Shown here: in pieces, positions 57,682-64,000 of the stretch
Layout of the letters: each line of letters starts with the position of its first letter
Position numbering within the stretch: position 1 is the first letter of the stretch
Source: Candidatus Methanomethylicaceae archaeon
GTDB lineage: Archaea; Thermoproteota; Methanomethylicia; Methanomethylicales; Methanomethylicaceae
NCBI GenBank assembly: GCA_015660995.1
Contig: JACTUC010000003.1
Location: forward strand, 30,525 to 94,524
Direction: 5' to 3'
DNA: 64,000 nt
The notes under the pieces: model-generated
Seen by the model: the letters and a program-made list of their open reading frames with translations, nothing else
What the model was told of the DNA's origin: nothing
Databases searched by the model: none
Translations under genes and position numbers: made by a program

Positions 57682-59589
57682 ATGGACTGCGAAGTCAGGT
57701 TCCTCCCCGAGGGCAAGAGGAGTACGGTGCCCGAGGGGTCGACAATAATGTTTGCAGCGATAGAGAGCGGGGTCGACCTTTCCAATATCTGCAGCGGCAA
57801 GGGATACTGCGGGAAGTGCATTGTGGAGGTACTGAATGGAGAGCTGTCACCGCTGACTGATCAGGAGAAGAAGAGGATCCCGCCTGAGAAGCTGGCCAAG
57901 GGCTATAGGCTCGCCTGCCAAGCCCATATCGCAGGTGACGTCGTGGTGAGGGTGCCAGACCAGAGCAGGGCGGGTAGGCAGCGCCTCGTCATAATGGGCA
58001 AGGAGCCGCCGGTGACGCTCAAACAGAATGTAGAGAAGGTATATGTGGAGCTGGTTGCACCAACCCTCCAAGATCCAATGGCGGATGACGAGCGCCTTCT
58101 CAGGGCACTTGCAGAAAAGGGGTACGGCGGGCTGAAGGCGGACTTCATAATAACCAAAGAGCTACCGAAGGTGCTGCGGAAGAGTGGCTGGAAAGCCACT
58201 GTAACGATCCTTGGGAAGAAAGAAATAGTTAACATTCAGGCAGGTGACACGAAGACCCAGAACTTTGGCGTGGCAGTAGATATTGGAACCACTAAGCTGG
58301 CCGTCTTCCTAGTTGATCTCACTGATGGCAACCTGATATTCGCAGATGGTATGATGAACCCTCAGATAAGGTACGGTGAGGACGTCATCTCTAGGATCAA
58401 CTTCGCCACGCAGGGTGAGAAGGAGCTCAAGGAAATACAGAGCACGATCATCGGTGGCATCAACGAACTCATTTGCAAGGGAGTTGGAGAAACGGCGATA
58501 GATGCGCAGGACCTGTATGAGCTAGTTGCGGTCGGAAACACCGCAATGCACCACCTGTTTGTGGGGATGCAGATCAAGAGCCTAGGCCTCTGCCCATACC
58601 CTGCCGGCCTGGGAAGAGCCTATGACATCAAATCCAGGGAGATGAACATTGCGATCAACCCTTCAGGCAACGTTCACGTGCTCCCGAACCTGGCAGGCTT
58701 CGTCGGGGCGGACGCTATCGCTGATATCCTTGCGTCGAGGCTTCACGAGAAGGAGAAACTTACTCTGCTCATGGACGTCGGGACCAACACCGAGGTCATG
58801 CTCGGCAGCAGGGATGGCATCTGGTCCTGCTCCACGGCTTCTGGTCCGGCATTCGAGGGAGCACACATAAAGTGCGGCATGAGGGCAGCTACTGGCGCTG
58901 TGGAGAAGGTAAAGATAACGCCTGAGTTCGACGTGACCTACAAGACAATTGAGGATGAAAAAGCACGCGGCATCTGTGGCTCGGGTATAATCGACGCGGT
59001 GGCGGAAGCACTGAAAAGCGGTGTCATTGACACTTCTGGGAAGTTTATCCTTCAAGGCCACAAGAGGGTCAAAGGGGAGGGTGCTGCCAAGGAGTTCATC
59101 CTGATATACAAGGATGAGACCTCGACTGGGAAGGAGGATATTGTGCTAACACAGGATGATGTGAGGGAGATACAGAAGGCCAAGGCCGCAATGTACGGTG
59201 GCTACGCGACGCTTATGAGAAAGGCAGGTTTTAAGAAGGATGATCTAAACGAGATCGTGATCGCCGGAGCCTTCGGGAACTATATAGACCCGTCCAGCGC
59301 AAGGACCATCGGCATGATACCCGAGATACCACTGGAGAAGGTATCCTTCCTCGGCAACACAGCTGGCTCGGGCGCGAGGATGTGTCTAAAGTCGCTAGAC
59401 AAGAGACGGGAAGCCCAAGAGATCAACGACAAGATGAAGTACATCGAGCTGGCAGTTGAACCGATATTCGAGGAGGAGTACATCAATGCAATGTATATGC
59501 CAAACAGCAGGCTCGAGGAGTACCCCGAGACCGTGAAGGGGATAAGAGGACCAATGAATGTAAGGCGCTACGTCCGAAGATCGGTTTAG
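57682..59589 (+). CDS. RACE/RamA-type ATP-dependent reductive activase: N-terminal plant-type [2Fe-2S] ferredoxin plus ASKHA (DUF4445) ATPase domain
   Basis: Cys pattern C-x5-C-x2-C...C (NICSGKGYCGKC...LAC). DUF4445/COG3894 motifs DIGTTKLAV, VGNTAMHHLF, LMDVGTNTEV, GPAFEGAHIKCGMRA, ICGSGIIDA. Start is 2 nt after the atwA stop. Confidence 0.8.
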   Translation: MDCEVRFLPEGKRSTVPEGSTIMFAAIESGVDLSNICSGKGYCGKCIVEVLNGELSPLTDQEKKRIPPEKLAKGYRLACQAHIAGDVVVRVPDQSRAGRQRLVIMGKEPPVTLKQNVEKVYVELVAPTLQDPMADDERLLRALAEKGYGGLKADFIITKELPKVLRKSGWKATVTILGKKEIVNIQAGDTKTQNFGVAVDIGTTKLAVFLVDLTDGNLIFADGMMNPQIRYGEDVISRINFATQGEKELKEIQSTIIGGINELICKGVGETAIDAQDLYELVAVGNTAMHHLFVGMQIKSLGLCPYPAGLGRAYDIKSREMNIAINPSGNVHVLPNLAGFVGADAIADILASRLHEKEKLTLLMDVGTNTEVMLGSRDGIWSCSTASGPAFEGAHIKCGMRAATGAVEKVKITPEFDVTYKTIEDEKARGICGSGIIDAVAEALKSGVIDTSGKFILQGHKRVKGEGAAKEFILIYKDETSTGKEDIVLTQDDVREIQKAKAAMYGGYATLMRKAGFKKDDLNEIVIAGAFGNYIDPSSARTIGMIPEIPLEKVSFLGNTAGSGARMCLKSLDKRREAQEINDKMKYIELAVEPIFEEEYINAMYMPNSRLEEYPETVKGIRGPMNVRRYVRRSV

Positions 59590-59605
59590 GAAAGTGTTTT
59601 GAAAA

Positions 59606-60160
59606 ATGGAAGGGCAAGATGCATGCGCGCGTGCGGAGGAAGCCATGAGGGCGCTCAAAGGGATCTTGAAGGTCCAGCTTCTCACCGACGAGGACAGGAA
59701 GGAGCTCTCGAGGCTGGAGCAGGAAGCGGAGGGCAAAGTGATGATGGGGCTCTGCCCCGGGACGAACGTTGGCATCGCTGAAGCCTTGAAGAAGAAGCAT
59801 ATCTTTGCCTGTATTACTGACAACACCATGGTCTGGCCCCGCAGCTCGTACATAAAGCTCGTCTGTGGCGAGGATGTGATCGGCCAGGACATATATGACG
59901 AGTCTGAACTCGAGAAGATGAAGAGCGAAGGCAATCTAGTTGCAGGCAACTTAGTTTTTTACAGGAACAAGATCAAGGTTCTGAAGGAGCGGAGGGAGGG
60001 AATGATGGTGCATATGCTGCCCATGCAAATACCAGAGCTAACCGCATGCGGCGCGGTTGTGGCCAGCCCGTCACCACCCACGGACCTATACCTGAAGAAT
60101 AGGCTCGGGCAGAATACAGAGGACAGCCGTCTTGGTTCGATAATAGTGGGCGTGGACTAG
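59606..60160 (+). CDS. Uncharacterized protein, last gene of the atwA-side operon
   Basis: 184 aa, soluble, Cys-containing (CPGTNVG, FACITDN). 16-nt gap after the RamA-like gene. Confidence 0.35.
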   Translation: MEGQDACARAEEAMRALKGILKVQLLTDEDRKELSRLEQEAEGKVMMGLCPGTNVGIAEALKKKHIFACITDNTMVWPRSSYIKLVCGEDVIGQDIYDESELEKMKSEGNLVAGNLVFYRNKIKVLKERREGMMVHMLPMQIPELTACGAVVASPSPPTDLYLKNRLGQNTEDSRLGSIIVGVD

Positions 60161-60336
60161 CCCTCTCTTTACGCCTTTTTGATATTTTGAGTGAATAAAC
60201 TGTAGTAATGGAATAAAATAATTTATTCAGCTTTACTTTTCTCTTTTGTGTAAGACAGTTGTTGGAATAAAGGGGATAGTACTTATATTCAAGAGTACAA
60301 ACTATGTACTGTAATGAGAGGGATGGGGGTGAATTA

Positions 60337-60942
60337 ATGAGTTTATTTGTATTTCTAGTTTGGCCTCTATTGATGTTCGTCTTCGGGTTCTTCCCGTTAT
60401 CATTGGCGTTGTTAGGGAAGGCAGACATGGTGGCTTCGCTTAAGTTTGCTATTGTTCCAGGCATCTTCGGATTTATGATGGCTACATACTTCTTTACAAC
60501 CGCAAACAACGTCCTATTACCAACGATTGTCCAAACACTATTAGGTGCAAACACCAGCCTTGCCGCTGTTGCCCAGAACCTATATGCTGTCCAGGTTGTC
60601 GCAATAATACTTGGCTTGGCATCTGCCGCATTCGTCTGTGTAGGGATTACTGGCTTCTACTTCAAGCCCGAAGCTGCGCCAGTCACGGCATGGGTTGTAA
60701 ACTTCACCGGCATACTATTGATAATCCTAGGCATTTTCGTGGGATACTGGCATACCTACCTGGCATTTAATGAAGTGTACATTGCAGCCGCTATGGTATT
60801 CTTGTTTGGCGTCGCTTGCCTTGTTGCTGGGTTCTCAGTACTTGGCAAGATGAAGGGCGGCTATCCTCTGCTGGCTATTGTTGTCATCAATTTCCTACTA
60901 GCTTTCGTCATACTCTTCATGAACCTAACGACCATAGCATAA
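60337..60942 (+). CDS. Polytopic membrane protein, unknown function
   Basis: About 6 TM helices. Start taken at the internal ATG (MSLFVF). Confidence 0.4.
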   Translation: MSLFVFLVWPLLMFVFGFFPLSLALLGKADMVASLKFAIVPGIFGFMMATYFFTTANNVLLPTIVQTLLGANTSLAAVAQNLYAVQVVAIILGLASAAFVCVGITGFYFKPEAAPVTAWVVNFTGILLIILGIFVGYWHTYLAFNEVYIAAAMVFLFGVACLVAGFSVLGKMKGGYPLLAIVVINFLLAFVILFMNLTTIA

Positions 60943-61046
60943 ACAAATGGGGCACAAAACCCCCTTTTTATTCTTTTTTTGAAGTTTTTTAACTAGGAAA
61001 ACCGTCTTTTATATGCATTCATGTGCAGAGATATACTTGAATTGCC

Positions 61047-61550
61047 ATGTGGACAGAGATCGTAAAGTTTTTTTCAGCCTCCCCTTCGAAACTTAAGGTT
61101 GCGAGGCTCATGGTGGAACTCGGTTTCAGCATAAATACTGAAGGCAAGATTAGCTGTGGAGAGGTGGAGATCCCTGATTCGAGCATAGCCCGTGCGACCA
61201 ATGCGGATAGGCGGGTAGTAAGGGAAACCATAAAGGACATACTCGCAGATGCCAGGATGAAGAGGATATTTGTCGGTATTAAGCCCGCGGGGAGTTTTCT
61301 AATAGATGTTGCGCCAACGCTTGGCTATGCTGTTGTCGAAATTAGGGCGCGCCCAGATGCGGTTGGGGTGATAGCTAAGGCCACTGGGTTAATAGCTGAA
61401 GCTGGCCTTTCAATAAGGCAGATCCTCGCCGAAGACCCTGACCTGAACCCTGATCCAAAACTCCTTATAATCACCGAGAAAAGGGTTCCGGGAGAGGTAG
61501 TATCCAAGCTTCTCAACATTCCTACGGTGACAAAGGTTTCCATTAGTTGA
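61047..61550 (+). CDS. ACT-domain protein (predicted regulator of amino-acid metabolism, COG2150-like)
   Basis: 167 aa. C-terminal ACT-like beta-alpha-beta-beta-alpha-beta region. Confidence 0.45.
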   Translation: MWTEIVKFFSASPSKLKVARLMVELGFSINTEGKISCGEVEIPDSSIARATNADRRVVRETIKDILADARMKRIFVGIKPAGSFLIDVAPTLGYAVVEIRARPDAVGVIAKATGLIAEAGLSIRQILAEDPDLNPDPKLLIITEKRVPGEVVSKLLNIPTVTKVSIS

Positions 61551-61700
61551 GAGTTCAGGGCTGTCAGAGAAAAAGAATAGCAGGAAGGTGATTTAGGATC
61601 TAATCAAGGATCGAGTGGGGCTTATATTCGACCTATGGGGTCGCACCTTTTTCTATTTTTACAAAGGGATAAATAAAAAAAGGGAAGTTAGGCCAAAACA

Positions 61701-63068
61701 CTAGATGCGAGCATTATAGGGCAGATCGTTCAGCGAAAGTTCCTTTGGTTCGCTATTGTTCACAAGCCTTCCATCGAGGTATTCTCCATAACCGCCTAGA
61801 TCGAGCAATCCGTGCCCGCTCAGGTTGAAGAGAAGGATCTTCTTCTCGTTTCTCTCCTTGCACTGCCTCGCGAGATCTATCACTGTGCAGATGGCGTGAG
61901 CGCTCTCGGGCGCGGGGACTATGCCTTCGCACTGGGCGAACATCCTCCCGGCGTCAAAGACCTCGCGTTGACCAACCGCAACTGGTGTAATCCTTTTATT
62001 TTTCACGAGGACACTCATCGTGGGAGCCTTTCCGTGATAGCGAAGACCGCCTGCATGGATGGGCGGGGTTACAAAGTTGTGGCCCACAGTGTACATTGGG
62101 AAAAGCGGCGTCATGCCAGCGGTATCACCGTAGTCGTAGGTGTAGACACCCCTCGTGAATGATGGAACGGCCTTGGGCTCGACGCATATGAACTCAGCAT
62201 CGCACTTTTTGTTGAGCTTATCGTAGATGAAAGGATAGCAGAGACCGGCGTAGTTACTCCCTCCTCCGACGCATCCTATAACGTAGTCAGGCTTCTTATC
62301 TATGAGCTCCATCTGCTTCCTGGCTTCCTGGCCAATAACGGTCTGGTGGAGCAGAACGAAGTTTGTCACCGACCCCAGCGAATACTTTGAGTGCGGGTCG
62401 TTCTTCACCGTCTCGATAGCTTCGCTGATGGCAACCCCCAAGCTGCCAGGGTGATTCGGCATCTCTGCTCGGAGTTTCCTCCCGAATTCGGTATTCGTGC
62501 TGGGGGAAGCATGGACCTCAGCGCCATAGAGCTCCATCAGAGTGCGCCTGTACGGCTTCTGATCGTGAGACGCCCGGGTCATGAAGACGGTGCACTTCAT
62601 ATCGAAGAACGCACAGGCAAGGGCAAGGGCAGTACCCCATTGGCCTGCTCCAGTCTCTGTGCAGAGCCTCTCAACGCCCTCCCTCTTGTTGTAGAAGGCC
62701 TGGGCGATTGCAGTGTTCCCCTTATGGCTGCCTAGCGGGGAGATACCCTCATACTTGTAGTAGATCTCGGCAGGGGTCTTTAGGTGATCCTCGAGTCTCT
62801 TTGCCCTGAACAATGGGGTCGGGCGGGACATCTTTATGAATATCTCGCGGACCTCGTCTGGGATCTGAATGAAGCGCTCGGTAGACACCTCCTGCATGAT
62901 GAGACCCTTTGGGAAGAACCATAGGTCCTCCAGGCCTGCTGGGGCTTTTGTTATCGGGTTTAGAGGCGGTGGGCAGGGCTCAGGCAGATCGGGTACTATG
63001 TTATACCAGAACTTTGGAATTTCATCGACCGGAAGGTCGACTCTCGTGTTCGTGCCAAAAACGGTCAC
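61701..63068 (-). CDS. trpB2: Tryptophan synthase beta chain, TrpB2 type
   Basis: PLP-lysine motif GSHKGNTA. 455 aa long form with TrpB2-specific N-terminal extension. GTG start. Confidence 0.85.
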   Translation of the reverse strand: MTVFGTNTRVDLPVDEIPKFWYNIVPDLPEPCPPPLNPITKAPAGLEDLWFFPKGLIMQEVSTERFIQIPDEVREIFIKMSRPTPLFRAKRLEDHLKTPAEIYYKYEGISPLGSHKGNTAIAQAFYNKREGVERLCTETGAGQWGTALALACAFFDMKCTVFMTRASHDQKPYRRTLMELYGAEVHASPSTNTEFGRKLRAEMPNHPGSLGVAISEAIETVKNDPHSKYSLGSVTNFVLLHQTVIGQEARKQMELIDKKPDYVIGCVGGGSNYAGLCYPFIYDKLNKKCDAEFICVEPKAVPSFTRGVYTYDYGDTAGMTPLFPMYTVGHNFVTPPIHAGGLRYHGKAPTMSVLVKNKRITPVAVGQREVFDAGRMFAQCEGIVPAPESAHAICTVIDLARQCKERNEKKILLFNLSGHGLLDLGGYGEYLDGRLVNNSEPKELSLNDLPYNARI

Positions 63069-63123
63069 CCATACAATTCACCATTGAACACAATAGGGTT
63101 GCAATATTCATATTTAAGCATTA

Positions 63124-63141
63124 TTGTACATATATGTACAA
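63124..63141. promoter_or_regulatory. Perfect 18-bp palindrome TTGTACATATATGTACAA in the trpB2 upstream / tpiA downstream region
   Basis: Self-complementary over 18 nt. Lies about 56-73 nt upstream of the trpB2 start and about 23 nt after the tpiA stop. Confidence 0.35.
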
Positions 63142-63163
63142 GATATTTATTGAGGAAAAAAAC

Positions 63164-63892
63164 TTAAATATGGATAGCTTGTGCAGCGAAGTCCCTGAGC
63201 ACCGATTCAGGGTCTGTGGCTTTAATGACACCTGAAGCCACAAGTATTCCCTCGGCTCCCAGCTTCAGCGCAGTGGCCACGTCCTCGCCAGTTGTGACAC
63301 CTGCGCCACAGAGGATGTGGATCTTCGGGTTTGCGCCCTTTATCATCCTTACAGAATCCCTTATGACCTCAGGTTTTGCCTTAGAGACGGATATCCCGCT
63401 TCCTATCAGTTCAGGAGGCTCCACGGCAACCATGTCCGGGTTAAGCGACGATAGTACCTTCCCTGCGTGAGCCGTCTTTGAGCACACGCAAGTGAGTAGC
63501 CCTACCGATCTGCACCTTCGGACTGCCTCTGCGAGGGTTGCGGTTCTGAGCCTGTGCTCAGAATGGTTGAGGATCGTCCCGCTTGCCCCGGCTTCTTTGA
63601 TGGACTCGGGTGAAATGTAGCCCGTGTGTGGTCCAGGCATTTCAGGGTCAAGATGCTGAGAGAATACGGGGATTTCAGCACTCCCAACAACAGCGCGGAT
63701 GTCTACTAACTGAGGTGCAACCGAGATGCAGATGCCATATTCGTGCGCAACTTTCTCTGCGGATTTTGCCAAAGCGACTGCCCTTTTCCCTTGGGATTCG
63801 GTATAGGTTTTGAAATTTACAAGTATGAGCGGGTAAGATATCCTCAATGCTTTCACCCAATTATAAGGCGTTGAATTTTTACGCTTAAACAT
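63164..63892 (-). CDS. tpiA: Triosephosphate isomerase, archaeal type
   Basis: NHSEHR catalytic motif and ILVNFKTY N-terminal strand. About 230 aa. Confidence 0.8.
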   Translation of the reverse strand: MFKRKNSTPYNWVKALRISYPLILVNFKTYTESQGKRAVALAKSAEKVAHEYGICISVAPQLVDIRAVVGSAEIPVFSQHLDPEMPGPHTGYISPESIKEAGASGTILNHSEHRLRTATLAEAVRRCRSVGLLTCVCSKTAHAGKVLSSLNPDMVAVEPPELIGSGISVSKAKPEVIRDSVRMIKGANPKIHILCGAGVTTGEDVATALKLGAEGILVASGVIKATDPESVLRDFAAQAIHI

Positions 63893-64000
63893 AAATGGTA
63901 AGAGCGGAGTTTTTAGAGTTTGGCTTTCTTTTATTGTATAGCATCTTTGTTTGGTTATTTTTAAGCCGTACTATCAGTGTGAACCGCAGTTTCATTGCAA

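Noticed and set aside
57682-59589. Alternative reading of the RamA-like gene as simply the Mmp15 of this cluster
   Set aside because: Mmp15 is about 400 aa, BadF/BcrAD-like and has no ferredoxin domain. This protein is 635 aa with an N-terminal 2Fe-2S domain and DUF4445 motifs. It is kept as RACE/RamA-type, but profile searches are needed to settle it.
1-64000. CRISPR arrays, rRNA, tRNA, integrases/transposases, and toxin-antitoxin or restriction-modification genes
   Set aside because: None detected. There are no regularly spaced direct repeats, no recombinase or nuclease domains, and all larger ORFs are accounted for by metabolic or housekeeping families.

Overview
This 64 kb window is gene-dense archaeal chromosome (about 53% GC, roughly 90% coding). 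I found no rRNA, tRNA, CRISPR array or recognisable mobile element. The host is probably a methyl-coenzyme M reductase (MCR)-bearing euryarchaeon. Evidence for that: an MCR activation cluster (mcrC plus methanogenesis-marker genes plus component A2 atwA), an archaeal GHMP-type shikimate kinase, split transketolase, RpoP, tRNA-intron endonuclease, a class II HMG-CoA reductase and a flavodiiron FprA. The combination is most consistent with Thermoplasmata/Methanomassiliicoccales-like or MCR-bearing Archaeoglobi, but this is inference only.

Major blocks, in order:
1. An 11-gene minus-strand super-operon (about 520..11007) with overlapping start/stop codons: tktA-tktB-DAHP synthase-aroB-aroD-aroE-aroK(archaeal)-aroA-aroC-pheA-tyrA.
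2. A PaaK-family ligase whose N-terminus appears frameshifted.
3. A DNA-alkylation-repair (AlkD-like) gene, a PPP phosphatase, and a membrane winged-helix regulator.
4. A cobalamin-binding radical SAM enzyme, next to a frameshifted CPBP/YhfC-type membrane protease and FprA.
5. An M48 protease.
6. A LysW-pathway cluster (lrp-lysX-lysY-lysZ-lysJ-lysK) with no lysW gene in the window.
7. A carboxyltransferase, an M42 aminopeptidase, and an HExxH protein fused in operon with an ABC-2 exporter.
8. ahcY, then a second ABC-2 exporter, ilvE and endA.
9. trxB, glyS and an agmatinase-family gene.
10. A small RpoP gene the ORF track missed.
11. HMG-CoA reductase translationally coupled to a thioredoxin-like CxxC protein.
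12. An AT-rich non-coding island of about 1.2 kb carrying a C2H2 zinc-finger mini-ORF.
13. Divergent MCR-activation operons around a 67-bp bidirectional promoter, then trpB2 and tpiA.

The MCR-activation operons are the most interesting part. On one side mcrC is co-transcribed with two uncharacterized small ORFs and a winged-helix regulator. On the other side lie mmp3, mmp6, a 169-aa marker-like ORF, mmp7-like and atwA. atwA is immediately followed (2 nt gap) by a RamA/RACE-type [2Fe-2S]-ASKHA ATP-dependent reductive activase, in the position where an Mmp15 (BadF/BcrAD-like ASKHA) gene is usually expected. An uncharacterized 184-aa ORF follows.
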